From Selaginella moellendorffii (taxonomy: Eukaryota > Plantae > Lycopodiophyta), in the NCBI RefSeq assembly GCF_000143415.4, contig NW_003314263.1, forward strand, positions 3,040,041 through 3,104,040: DNA of 64,000 nt. Direction: 5' to 3'. Of this stretch, positions 1 through 12,556 are shown piece after piece (positions within the stretch are counted from its first letter, which is position 1; every line of letters starts with the position of its first letter). Under the pieces are notes generated by a model, which made no database searches, had not been told where the DNA came from, and saw nothing but the letters and a program-made list of their open reading frames with translations. The translations under genes and the position numbers were made by a program.

Positions 1-697
1 TTGTTTCGAACGTAAGTATGGAATGAATGCCGGACGTTGTTCACTGTTGCGGGTGAGGACGCATACCAGAGACGAAAACAAGTGAGATCCAAGGCCGGCA
101 TAAAAGTGTCACACTCGAAGAAAGTTTGTATCTCCGTCAAGTGGATTGCTGTGCAAAGAGGAGAAACCATAGCCTCCCTACCAAAGAAAAAAACGAGTAG
201 TAAGTATCGCCACAATCACTTGCTTACCGGAAGACTTCACCACCTCCAATCACGAACACAGCCTCCACGCTCGAATCAAACGGTGGAGCCGCGAGAATTC
301 CCAGCGCCGAATCCAAGCTCGAGCACACAATCGCCTTATCTCCAAGCTCTAGCCCAGCCCGGCTTAAGACAACATTCACTCGGCCAGGGAGCGGTCGAAA
401 TTTGGCTGGAATGCTCTCCCACGTCCTCCTCCCCATCACCACCGCATTCTTCTTGCGCGCGTCCGCCGCCTCGGACGTGATCCTCTTGAAGAACGCCATG
501 TCGGAGGGGACGCTCCACGGCAGCTTCCCCTCCTTCCCTATTCCCAGATCCCTCGTAGCGGCCACCACTACCTGGAAGGCCCGGAGAGTAGCGGCAGCTG
601 CTGGCGGCGGAGGCGTCCCATCGAGCACCATGGAAAGCCTTGATCTGCCAAGAACCCTAAAACCTCTACATGCTGCGGCCATAGCCAATGAAAACAT
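1..697 (-). CDS. DHFR-TS: Dihydrofolate reductase domain, 5' part of a probable bifunctional DHFR-thymidylate synthase (exon 697-228, intron 227-178, exon 177-<1; runs off the window)
   Basis: DHFR motifs GIGKEGKLPW, DMAFFK, VVMGRRTWESIP, RPLPGRVNVVLS, VFVIGGGEVFR. A 50-bp GT-AG intron rejoins in frame to EAMVSPLCTAIHLTEIQTFFECDTFMP. The TS domain is not in the window. Confidence 0.93.
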
Positions 698-3138
698 TTC
701 CCGCCAAATAATATAGTCAAAATTATGCTTTATAATTTTTTTTTAAACACCTCCATGATTATTTTATGGATTAATCTTGTATGACATTCTTTTTTTACTG
801 CCATGTGGGCAAGAAGTTGGTATTGAGGGATTGATAAAGAATTTAAACGTTGATCTCTTAGTGAGAAAAGAATATTTGACAGGACTAGTTAGCAGATTAT
901 AAACATTTTCCAGATAACGTTACCTTTTCCAGATTAATCTGGAAAATACAAGAGGGAACTAAAGCAATTTTTACTAAGATATAGTTATCGTCACATAACA
1001 TTTTATGAAGAAAGAACTTTAGGGATAAGGGAAATCTAAGCTTTCAAAGTACAAGGAGGGTTCTAATGAAGTAGATCATTATAATCACTATATCATAGAA
1101 AAACTAGCTTGATGATGCAACATGATAATATAAAATTTACCTTTACATAATTCATTAGTGATTGAGTGATTAGAAATGCTTGTGTCATTCTCTCATCAGT
1201 GTTGACTTATTAAGACACCTTATATGACAGTTTGCTAATGATAACATTTTGGTGGGATGGTGCTAAATAGTACACTTCCAGAAGTGGGATAAAAGAATAT
1301 ACAATAGGATGAGGGGCAGATATGCATGCATAAGCAAATATAGAGGGGGAAGTTGTTATTATTGATCCAAATGTTTGGTGATTGAACATTTTGCAATACC
1401 TAATCAAAGTTTATATCTAGAGAAGTCTATTTTTTCTCAATGAGATATTTATTCAAAAAGTTTTGTAATATTTAATCATAAACTAATTTTAAGTAAAAAT
1501 TGATGGAAAACTTGTTCTTTATAATAGTTTTGATATTACACTCTAGTCTACTAATACATTTTGTTTACCAGAACCAAATTGTGTTGCTCCTTATCTTCGT
1601 ATTCATAATAATTGTAATGCTAGAAATGATAATATATGTTTGGGAATCTAAACCTCATTACTAATAATTTAGAGTTTATAATAATTTCTTAAATAAATAT
1701 GAATATATATATATATATAGCATCAAAATTAAATAAAAACTCCTGAGAACCTAATTATTTTTCCTACTAAAAGTTTATTCTTATATATTTTAAAACTATA
1801 AAAAGCTGTGATACCTTTATGGAAGGGTAATTTCCCTCACATATAGTGTGATTAAGTTTTTCTTCTTCTTTTTATTGGAATTTCAAAATGTGATAAGAGA
1901 TATCCAAGTTTCATAATAAATATAAACCTCTCAACTTTTTAAAGGAAGTAATCCTCTTAAATAATTATATAAAGGCCTTTGAGTAAACACTAATTTATAT
2001 TTGATTGATTTCTCATTAGCAATAAAGCTAAGTTGATAGAATGGAAATGTATGGATTGGCTGAAAATGGTGTTATGGTGGTGGTGGTGGTAAAATCTCAA
2101 AGTTTAAATAGTTCTTTTCAGCTTCATGTTGAAAATGGATACAAATGCTTATATGAGGTGGCAAAAATTGATTAGATGGTGATGAGTAAGATGGAAAGGA
2201 TCTTGAGTTTATTAAAGTGACTATAGAAGTATGTGACTCTTGGTGGCACTAGAGGATTGCTAGTGGTATTGCTCAAAAAACAAGGAGATATAGTAATTAT
2301 AGCATGTGAGATTATCCAGATTTAAGACTATTTTCATTAAAGTAATCATAATAAAATGTGACTAAATTAATGCTATCTAATTAATATTACTAGGAAGTGC
2401 TTATAAAAGTTGCATAATTAATCTAAATGAATAACAACTGTAAGATTGTAGAATATCCCAAACTATTCAAGTATATTTTAAGTATATTTATTACCACTCC
2501 AGTCCCCTATAAGTTTCTTAAGAAAAGTAATAATTTGATACTCATTATTGCAAAAATTCTTGATTTTATTATTTATTTATATATTTTTTATGACATACAT
2601 ATGTTCATATGTGTATGCAATTTATAATCTACTGTGCTTGTGCTCTTTATTTTTTAATTTATTTCGTTTTTTATAAATTTTATAGTCCGAGTAACGTTAT
2701 AGTAGAAATAATTTGTATCTAAATATTATTAAACTTAGAATCAAATTCCTAGATAAATATCCAAATAAATTATTTACTGTTTTGTTTTTAACCGTCATGT
2801 TTTTAATTACCCTTAAGTAAATACTTAAATTCGGTCCCCCAACATTGCAAAAAATCTAGTCGGAAAAGGAAGGAGTTCCTCCCGCCAACAGCTTTTGACT
2901 TTGGGTGTTCGAGATGAACCTTTGGAAGCGTGAGCAGAAATGGTGGGGTTGACAAAAATCATGCATTTACGCGCTAGGTGTTATTATCTTTTCAAAAGTT
3001 GACTGCTTCTGGAAGCTTAGACTTCCTGCATTCGAAGATGTTGCTGATCATGCATAAAAAGAGATTTGTTATTGTGGGCTGTTGTGATCTCCCAAGCTTT
3101 TTGCACCCGTGTTGTCTTATCATTTGGGTGCTAGAAAG

Positions 3139-3698
3139 ATGAGCCCTGTGGCTCTCCTTTTGGTGGCATGGACACATTTCCTGGCAGCAGCAGCAGCTAG
3201 GCCAATCCTTGATCGTTTTGAAGTTTCAGTGTCTTGTGATGTCTGCAGTGAAGGAAATTTCGGTGAAAACAGCATCGTTTTGCCTGGTAAAAGCAACAGA
3301 AACTTGGCTCATACTTTCAAGAGCTGAACTTTGCTGTCTCAAAATTTGCAGATGTTCCTGTTTTTCTGGAATGCAAGGAGCAAAGGACAGGCATAAGATA
3401 CCAAGAAAGAGGCATCACTGGAGCCAATGGGAAGATTTCCATGCAAATCCCATCAGAATTTTCAAATCAATGCTCTGTCGAAGTGTCGAGACCTCCAGCA
3501 TTTTGCAGCATCCCGGTGAATACTGCAGGCTCAAATCTCAGCTCTGATTTGGATTCAAGTTTAAAATCTTGGAAGATTATGTATCAACCTTCTTTTGATC
3601 ATCACCAGATCCACTGCGATAGAAAAATTGATAGATTTCGGATCTTAGCTTCTACAAATTCTTTGAGGCTTGGGCCTCCTGATCCTCCGAACCCTTGA
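3139..3698 (+). CDS. Secreted pollen Ole e 1-like protein (exons 3139-3286, 3352-3698)
   Basis: Signal peptide MSPVALLLVAWTHFLAAAAA; cysteine pattern VSCDVC...VFLEC...TGANGK...CSVEV...FC typical of the Ole e 1 family; GT-AG intron keeps frame. Confidence 0.75.
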
Positions 3699-3799
3699 AG
3701 AGCTAGCTAGTAGATCATAGATATATTCATGTATAAACTCTACGTGTTTATATATAATCAATATTGTTTTCATGGTCAACTATGTCGGTGAAAATGCTG

Positions 3800-3873
3800 T
3801 GCTTTCACTGAGAGTTGAACTCAGGACCTCCCGCTTACTAAGCGGATGCTCTAACCAACTGAGCTATGAAAGC
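3800..3873 (-). tRNA. tRNA-Thr (anticodon AGT)
   Basis: Reverse complement GCTTTCATAGCTCAGTTGGTTAGAGCATCCGCTTAGTAAGCGGGAGGTCCTGAGTTCAACTCTCAGTGAAAGCA folds as a cloverleaf and resembles plant nuclear tRNA-Thr(AGT). Confidence 0.95.
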
Positions 3874-3970
3874 TTTAGATTAAAACATAATTAAGATAAA
3901 AATAATCTCACATGCCAGGTGGATTCGACCTCTGGACTATCTCTGTCTAGGGTTTGTGGAGCTCTCAGCG

Positions 3971-6010
3971 ATGATTTCCCAGTTCTTCGTCCTCTCGCTC
4001 CGCGGCGACAACATCATCTTCCGCGATTGTGAGTCTGGATCTAGCTCCCTGCAGCTGGAATACTTTGGAATGCTCTCATTGATCTGATCGGGCTGCATTT
4101 AAGGCAGATCGCGGGGATGTGAGCAAAGCCAGCGCCGAGATTTTCTTCCGCAAGGTGAAATTCTGGCACAGCGAGGAAGGCGAGGATGCGCCTCCGGTGT
4201 TTGTGAGTAGATTTTGCTCGTTTGATAGGCTATGGTTATAATCGATTAATGTGGCAGAATGTCGATGGAGTGAACTACGCGCATGTCAAGGTCGCTGGTT
4301 TGCTCTTCGTCGCCACTACTAGAGTGAATATTTCTCCAGCTCTGGCATTGGAGCTCCTTCAGCGGATCGCCCGCGTGACGAAGGACTATCTTGGCATTCT
4401 GAACGAAGAGTCACTCCGGAAAAACTTCGTTCTTGTGTATGAGCTGCTAGACGAAATGCTGGTTAGGACAGATATCTTTCTTCCTGGCTTGCTTATGTTT
4501 TTGCCTTTGCTTTTGCAGGACTTCGGCTATCCTCAAACGACCTCGACTGAGGGACTCAAGTCTTTCGTTTTCAATGAACCAGTCGTGGTAGAGTCGGCCA
4601 AAATCCCTTCTCTTGGGCCAGCCGGATTGTTCATGGTAAGTGTTTTTGCTTCACAGTTCCAATCGTTCCAACTTTCTTCTTTGTGTTCTATTTGCAGCAA
4701 GGATCAAAGCGGCTTCCCGGAACGGCTGTGACCAAGTCCGTGGTTGCTAGCGAGCCTGGTGGCAAGAAACGGGAGGAAGTTTTTGTGGACGTCATAGAGA
4801 ACATCAGTGTGACATTCAATGCGAGCGTAAGTGTTTTGTAGTTTTCGTTTTAGCGTAGAACTGGCTTTATCAACTTCATCAGGGCTACATTCTTACGTCG
4901 GAAATTGACGGAACCATTCAAATGAAGAGCTACCTTACTGGTAATCCGGAAATCCGGGTCGCTTTAAACGAAGACCTGCAAATTGGTCGTGGCACACACT
5001 CGAGTCTAGGTGAGTGTTTTCATCCAGGTGTTGGTCGAGGCATTACTTGCATCATATGCAGGAGCGGGTGGTATGGTGCTACTGGATGACTGTAACTTCC
5101 ACGAATCAGTTCGACTGGATGATTTTGATTTGGATCGAACTTTAACGCTGGTCGGTAACTTTTATTCTTCCTTTTTATCTAATGATACTTACAAGCTTAT
5201 GATGCATCGGATAGACACCGCCAGATGGAGAGTTTCCTGTCATGAATTATCGCATGACGCAAGAATTTAAGCCTCCTTTCAGAGTGTATCCCGCCATTGA
5301 AGAATCTGGTCCATTCAGGGTACGAGAGTGTGTCACTTTTTCAACGTAGCTGATGAGTTTATTCTCAGGCGGAAGTTGTCATCAAAGTGCGGGCAGATTT
5401 TGCTCAGAATGTAACAGCCAATACGGTGCTGGTACGCATACCACTTCCAAAAACAACAATGAGGTATGCTTTGTTTCCTATTTGCCATTTAACCTGTGTC
5501 GTCCATGCAAAAGATGCGGTTTTGAGCTGGAGGCGGGAGCAGCTGGACAGTCAACCGATTATAAAGAATCAACAAAACTTGTAGAATGGGGATTGAAGAA
5601 AGTAAGTGTTTTGACTGTTCATCTCCCAGATAAAAAATTTCGATGGATTTTTTAGATTTCTGGCGGCTCGGAGCATGTATTGCGTGCTAAACTTACCTTG
5701 TCTCAAGAACGCAATGGTAATAACCAAGAGAACTTCTATTGCTTTGTATTTACTACTTTATTTTTGGCTACTTGCTTTACAGTAAACATAAAAAAGGAAG
5801 TTGGACCGATCAGCATGACTTTCACTATTCCCATGTTCAACGCCTCCAAAGTACAAGTAAGAGAATCCAGCAGCTTTTTTTGCCTTTTCTAGTTTCTTAT
5901 GTTTTTCCCAGGTGAAGTACTTGCAAGTTTTGAAAAAATCAAAGTCCTATAATCCTCATCGATGGGTTCGCTACGTGACCCATGCCGATTCTTATGTTAT
6001 CCGGACATAG
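3971..6010 (+). CDS. AP4M: AP-4 adaptor complex subunit mu (multi-exon)
   Basis: MISQFFVLSLRGDNIIFRDYRG start; LRKNFVLVYELLDEM-DFGYPQ, REEVFVDVIE, LDDCNFHESV, PPDGEFPVMNYR and terminal RWVRYVT motifs; many short GT-AG introns. Confidence 0.93.
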
Positions 6011-6503
6011 ATTCTGTGTATCTCCATACGGAGGAACAGGGGCATGCTACGTTTCAGAAGGTTGGCTGTTTACATTCCAGCATGTGTAACTGTTTTACTC
6101 ACTCGTTAATTTATTCCTTTTCAGTGGCCTGATGCGATGGGGTGTCACTGCCGGTTCGCTTCGTCCCAGTTACGGAACAGTTGCCGTTTGTCTCGGATTT
6201 TGTCATGTTAGTCTTAACTGCTATTCTGCAGTTAGGACAGGAATCGAAAACGGGCGGGCGAGATTTTCCCGCAAACCGTTAGCTACGGAACATAAACTGC
6301 ACTAACGAATAGGTTGGTGCAATCTAGTCTGTCGCAGCTCGTCACTCCCGGTCTGCCATAGCCACAACCTCCGTGGCTGCGTAGATTGTTGGCTTGTTTT
6401 GCTCCATTCATTCAAATTGTAGCTGGTTACGTGTTCAAGTTCTTGGTTTGAGCTGCTAAAACTTTCTTGATGTGAAAAGTGCGAGCTGGAATTATTCTCC
6501 AGG

Positions 6504-9500
6504 ATGAGGCCGCGAGGCTTTCGTGCGGTTGCTCTCATCCTCTGTCTGCAGCTGCTCATCTCGAGCGGTAAGCTTTTTGTTGCGTCGACTGCATTGGTTG
6601 TTGATGTCTTTGAGTTTGTGTTGCAGGGGCTGCGTCCGAGGTTGCGACTGCAGATCAACGTTTTCCAGCTGGTAAGCTGTTCTTTTTCGACCATTTTATG
6701 CTTCTGAAGTGCCGAGCATGATGTTTGTTTGTGCTGCCATATTCCAGCTGGGTCGAATGGATCAGCAGGTGCTGATGCTGAATGTCTCGGCTGTGGCTAT
6801 ACGCCGGATGCTCCAGCTCGTGGCAGTGTCCCTCGATGCTCAGACGTTGTCTGTCTTGTCCAAGGACTTCTTGACAGGAAGAGCTTGATTTACATTGAGC
6901 AAGACATCGACGTATCAGGTCAGTCTGTTTACTTATATATTTCCGGACGCAAGCGCTCATGTGATTAGTGCAGGCAGCGGTCCCCTTCCGGATGTTACGT
7001 GCGGGGTCACGATCATGGGGACGTGCGGTGATGGCTCGCCATGCAAAATTGATGCAAAGGGCAGCTCTCAGATTTTTGTAGTTGGACTCGACGGCTATCT
7101 GACGCTAAAGGACTTAGAGATCACTGGAGGTGCCTGTGCAAGAGGCGCTGCTGTGACAGTCTCGGGTTCTGGATCAAATGACTTGGCAAGGGGAGGCAAA
7201 TTTGTGGCTCTCAATGTGAAGTTTACGAACAACGTCGCTTCTGTATGTCGTAGCTTTTCAGATGTTTAACTTCGATTGATCGTGACGCCTTTACAGGAGC
7301 TAGGAGCAGCTCTGCACGTTGAATCTGGCGGTGCTGTTTATATTCGGGACTGTGTCTTCCGCTCAAACAAGGCAAGTAGAATTCAATTCTATAACGAAGG
7401 ATTTTTTCCGAGCTTGGGCTTTCTTTTACAGGCTGCAAAGGGAGGAGCAGTATTTGTGGGATCCAGCAAGGACTTCCCGTCAAACCACACAGAAACGGAA
7501 GCAGTTCGAAATGTGTGTGCACTGAACAGCTGCACAACGTTTTTAAATACTGAGTTCTCTCGGAATTCCGCCGATTATGGTGCCGCCGTATACGTTGATG
7601 ATGCTGCTGAAGAGTGCAAGGACAATGGAGGTGCTAAATTCGACTGCACAACCTGCGTATTTCGCGATAACTCGGCTCAGGTAAGAAAGCGGTTCTTGAA
7701 ACGACCTGACAATTTGTTCAAACAGCAAGACGGAGGTGCTTTGTTTATCAACTTTCAATCCGCTGGTGCCATTTCATTCCTCCGTCGGAGTCGTTTTGCG
7801 AGAAACACTGCAGGGGTATGGTGCTCTGATTGATGGTGTGTTTTTCAATGCCCTTTTGCAGAGTTACGGTGGTGATATTGCTACGCAAGAAGGAGTATAT
7901 GGAACTCGTGGTGCTCAACTTTATGCATATCAAGTTGTATTTACTGGAAGCAAGGCATCGGTAAGCTTTTTTTCGTTGTGATTCACAATGTTACGTTACA
8001 CACGTTTTAACGACGGACAGAAAGGCAGCGCTGTTGCAGTCAAACCATTCTCCATTTCTACGTTTGCAAGATGTGAATTTTCCCAGGGGGTAAGCCTTTT
8101 GATTCGCTTATGAAGCTCTAAAATTTGGCGTGACAGTCTTTACTCGAATGCGACGGCGTATGTGACACTTTCTGCCCAACTTTGTCACCTCTGGTGCGTA
8201 ATATTTGCCTCAAGAATGAGACATGTCTTTTATCGTTTTCTTTCTGTCTGCAGTCAAATGGCTCTATACCATACGGAAGAAGTGGAGGTGCGTACATAAT
8301 TGGCTCCTGAATTCTTGGTCTAACGTGATCTTCTCCTTGCAGAGTCGTGTCCTGTTGCTCCGATGCCTTTGTGTGGCTGGGTTCCTGACGAGTGCCTAGA
8401 AAGTCCATCTCCATCCGCGACACCATTACCAACACCTTCACCATCACCATCGTTACCATCTCCGCCTTTGCCATCGCCATCACCAAGTCCATTGAGTACG
8501 CCGCCAGCAGAAGCACCAGGAGAGGCAGCCGGAGAACCGAGATTTAGAGCGAAGCGTCCTTTCTCGCCACCTCCTTCGCCACCTCCTTCCCCACCTCCTT
8601 CATCACCTCCTTCATTACCTCCTTCGCCACAGCCTTCACCACCTCCTTCGGCCTCAGCTGCTGCTCCGGCATACAGGCATAGAGTGCGTGGCAGACACGC
8701 GCACCACCGCAATGGAAGTATCACAGGAGATCCTCACTTTGTTGGCAAGCATGGCGAGCGTTTTGATTTCCACGGCAGAAGCAATCGCGACTACTGCATA
8801 CTTTCGGACAAGGACTTCCATATCAACATGCACGTCTTCAAAGGCATACACAGGCACTCCACTGTACGTATTGTCATTTTTGCAGTTCATCTAGTCTGAT
8901 GTGGTTTTGCTTTTTTTTCCAGTTCATATCCAAGATTGGGATGCTGTTCAAATTGGACAAGGTTTTGATAGACGCCCAGGCCGATAAGACTGCTTCCCGA
9001 TTTGAGGACCAGTGGAAGGTTCTTGTGAATAATGTGAGTATCATTTTTGTTTTTCTTCGATGCAAACTCTGAAAGTGGTGGTTGTTCTTTTTTCACAGGT
9101 GGAGTTGCTTGAAGGGCATGTGGTGGGAACTCCAAGCGGATTGAAGATCGTCCATTTTGTCGGGTCGGTTCAAATTGTCATTCTAGACGAGCTAGATATG
9201 AATGTGACAGTGATGCCTCCGGGTTTCGGGAGGTTTGGATCGGGAGCAAACTACGTAAGCATCTTAGTTTCCTCTTATCTTCTAATAAACCCTCTTGTTC
9301 TGCAGCTGGATTTCCAAATAAATCAGCTGAAAGTGTCTCCCAACGTCCATGGCGTTTTAGGTGACGAGAATCCTCTCTATCATTTTTCTGATTAAGTCAT
9401 GGATCAATGCAGGACAAACGTACCAGGAATCCCTGCGAACATACAAGAAGATCCACGAGGTTAGAGACAGGAGGCTCAAGAGATCTAGAGCAGCGGCACT

Positions 9501-9775
9501 GTTCGTGGATGGCTCCGAGAGTGATTACTTGTCGAGCAGCATCATGGCGGCCGATTGCAAATACTCAGCCTACATGGTAAAGTATTTCACGAATTTTTTT
9601 ACTGTTTCTTATTTGTTCTTGTTTCTAGGATCAAAGCCAGATCTCTCAGAGAGTCCAGAGAATGGTTTTAGAGGGTGTCCAAGTTTTGCTGGGAAAGAGG
9701 GAGGAGACTGTGAAGCAATGTACTGGTTTTGGGCATTTTTTGTGCCTTTTGGAGATGGAAGAGGAAGGAGAATGA
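6504..9775 (+). CDS. Secreted multi-exon protein: Cys-rich N-terminus, GGA(I/L/V)/FxxN beta-helix repeats, Cys-rich linker, SPn Pro-rich stalk, C-terminal root-cap/LEA-related domain
   Basis: Signal peptide; repeated FTNN/FRSN/FSRN/FRDN/FARN with GAAL/GGAV/GGAL; SPPPSPPP repeats at ~8400-8660; GDPHFVGKHGERFDFHG...LSDKDFHINMH and VHGVLGQTY match plant root-cap proteins; consistent splice sites to a stop at 9773-9775. Confidence 0.8.
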
Positions 9776-9904
9776 GAGGTTTGTATACTTTTTCCTTGTA
9801 TAGTAGATTGGGACGTCAAGTCAACTTTTCAAATGTATAAGATGGTATTGTGCAAAATTCTCTTGTTTTCTCCAACTTTTACTGAGCTTATTTCCAATGG
9901 ATGT

Positions 9905-10325
9905 TCTTTCATGTGGAGTTGCTAGAAGGACATGTAGCGAGAACTTCAAGTGGATGGATGATTGTTCATTTGGTCATGTCAATTCTAATGTCAATTCAAA
10001 TTCACATGCTAGATTTGAATGTGATGCTTCTAGGTTTTAGGAGGTTTGGATCGGGACCATCTTCTAGTAAACCCTCTTGCTCTGCAGCTATCAACTAAAA
10101 GTGTCTCCCAAGCTCCATGAGAATCGTTTGTTTCAGTTCAAAAAAATTAAACAAATTACCAGGAATCCTTGGGAACATACAAGGTTAGAGACGGGAGGCT
10201 CAAGAGGTCCTGTTCGTGGATGTAACTGCTTGTCGAACAGCATCATGGCAGCCGATGCAAATACTAAGCCTACATGGTAAAGTATTTCACGAGTTTTTTA
10301 TTTGTTTCTTGCTTGTTTCTAGTAT
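9905..10325 (+). pseudogene. Decayed partial tandem duplicate of the 3' exons of the 6504-9775 gene
   Basis: VELLEGHV..., GFRRFGSG and SIMAAD segments plus intron sequence parallel 9098-9630, with indels. Confidence 0.8.
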
Positions 10326-10379
10326 GCTTCTTGTGCTCTTCTGCAAAAAGAAGTTTGCTTGTTGTATACCCAAAAAGAC

Positions 10380-12556
10380 AATGAGAGTAGCATACCCTCT
10401 TCTTGCAGGATTCCATGTAGGTGGGATCTTCCTCGTCATCCTGCCCGACGGAACACGGGCCACAAAACCAAACACCGAGCTTCCTTGCGTCCCCAAGCAT
10501 GATGCACTCTTGGTGGTACGGGGACTGGCAAAAGTTGCACTCGATCCAATCGTTGGCTTGCCTGAGCAAGTATAGCAATAGTCTGATTTGAACCCCCTTA
10601 GGTGGATCAGCCTCTCGTCAATCGCCTTGAGACTCTTGTGAACGTCTGTAAAGCTCATGACGAGCTGAAGAGGCGATTCGGATGTTTCCATATGTCCACA
10701 TCTTCTCCGTATGTGCTATCCAGCACAGTAGCTTCTTCCTCATCTCCTCCCCCTTGAAGAGCTCATTCGCAACTTCTAGAGTGCGGCGATGGTACTTCAG
10801 GTAGCCTCCATGATAGAAACTTGGAAAACTATAATCTAGTCCCGCGACACATAATACACATCCGCTCCCATATGCGTAAGCTTGATCGGACAAAACAACG
10901 TTGCCATGTCCTTGCAGCCGGCGAGTAACTGCTTCGAAAATCTTCCCCGGAACTGCACAACCTTCTCCGCCTTGACCTCTATCACATGGCCTAGGAGCTC
11001 TATTCTGGGCTCCATGAACTTCATTGCGAGAATCTTCAGCATTCCAACCTATGCGAGAGTAGTGTCGATGGCGATAGCATTCACCCAGCGGGCCACTTCC
11101 TCCGATATGAGCTTCATAGTCGCCAGGTCTGTCCGTTCCGCAATAAGGCCAAGAGCAAACGCCTTCAGATAGCCCGTGATGCACCTGGCTCTGCGATTCT
11201 TGCCTCGATATATTATGCGAGGATCCATTACGCTCGGCAAATACTCCAACTCCTCGCCTCTCGCTCCCTGGGCCAACTCCGCAAGGTTGCCTTTGTTCAC
11301 GTATTCGACAACCTCTTTCTTGTACCAGCTGAAGGCCGACTTCAGCTTTTCCTTCCGGTCACGAACGTAGTAAGTCACGAGTAGCGGCACCGGTCTTCCA
11401 CTGGCCACGCTTGATAAAACAAGGATTAAAACTACAACTTAAATCATAGCCTTACCATTTTCCATACGGGAAAGTCAGCGTCATCTGCTGGTTCGTCCAT
11501 TTCCTTGTCTCTGCACTCGTCCTTTGCTTGTCGGGGTGGCGAGTCAGCGTCACCCCTTGTCTCTGCACTCCTCTGCCTTTGCTTGTCGGGGTGGCATGCA
11601 ATAGTCAGGATTACCATCCAGGATCTCGCACGTATGGTTGATATAATCAAGCTCCTCTTGCTGCAAATACAAAATGAATATGTTAACCAGCGAATAAAAC
11701 CCAAAGACTTACCTCATAACCTCCACAAATAAGCAAATGCGGGGCACTTTTGTCTTTTGATAAGCTGTTTCCCGACAGAGCTCTGAAACGACGCGCAGAT
11801 GACCACGTTGGATACTGATAAAGGGAGAACTCTGATAAATCCCCAGGCTTTTTCTTTGTCAGCTTCCGAGCATACATTTGGAGATCTAAGCTTGTTTCCA
11901 TTGTCGAAAACTACGTATACTTTCCGCTCAAGCTCCTTCAAATCTTCCAAAACCTTGAAAACGCTTTTCATCTCAAGGTCCTTAACGCGTAGCAGCACGC
12001 CAAAAGCTTGATCATCGTTGATGACAGCGAGAACAAGAGCTGAGAATAAGGCGTTGCCGGGTTCGCGTATGAATGGCTCGACTGGCACGAGAGCGATGCC
12101 CCTCGACTTGATCTTGTCGCTCGCAAACTCTGTATGCAAATGGCCAACCGCGGCGGCAATACTGCAGCTTTTCCCAGATCCGGGAGTGCCAGTTATGCAG
12201 CGAATACCCAAAACAGGGTCAAACTCGTTCGACATCAAAGGGCCATCATCGAAGGACCATCAAAAGTCCAAGATAAATTTGATGACATCCAGAGTTACCT
12301 TGCGGCCCATGTAGTGAACCATCTTGTGCTCGGTGGAGGTATAGGAGGCCACTTCTGGGATTGCAAGCTTCCTGAATGTGGTTACCTGGCCGAGATGATC
12401 TCGGGTAATCCCCGAATGACGATCCTTGAGCAACGCATCCACCTTCCTGGCTTTAGCTATCATGCCACTCAGATCTTCCTGGATGGACGCAATAGGCGTC
12501 TGGAGCTGTGCGATTTGCTTCCTGAGATCTTCTACTGCGGCCTTTAGCTCCTCCAT
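10380..12556 (-). pseudogene. Coiled-coil + P-loop NTPase + PD-(D/E)xK-like nuclease + PHD finger pseudogene (Crinkler/RHS-like NTPase-REase architecture)
   Basis: Walker A GTPGSGKS and Walker B VYVVFD; SGRPVPLL helix motif; FCPIKLTHMGADVYY...IIVFQVSI; CYTC...CNFC...YHQEC...WFCGPC across a frameshift; several in-frame stops. Confidence 0.6.

Noticed and set aside
720-2800. Possible old TE remnants in the AT-rich intergenic region
   Set aside because: No motif or terminal structure that I could support.
3660-3698. C-terminal RLGPPDPPNP as a CLE-like peptide
   Set aside because: It does not fit the 12-residue CLE consensus (no GP-x-PLH); the resemblance is superficial.
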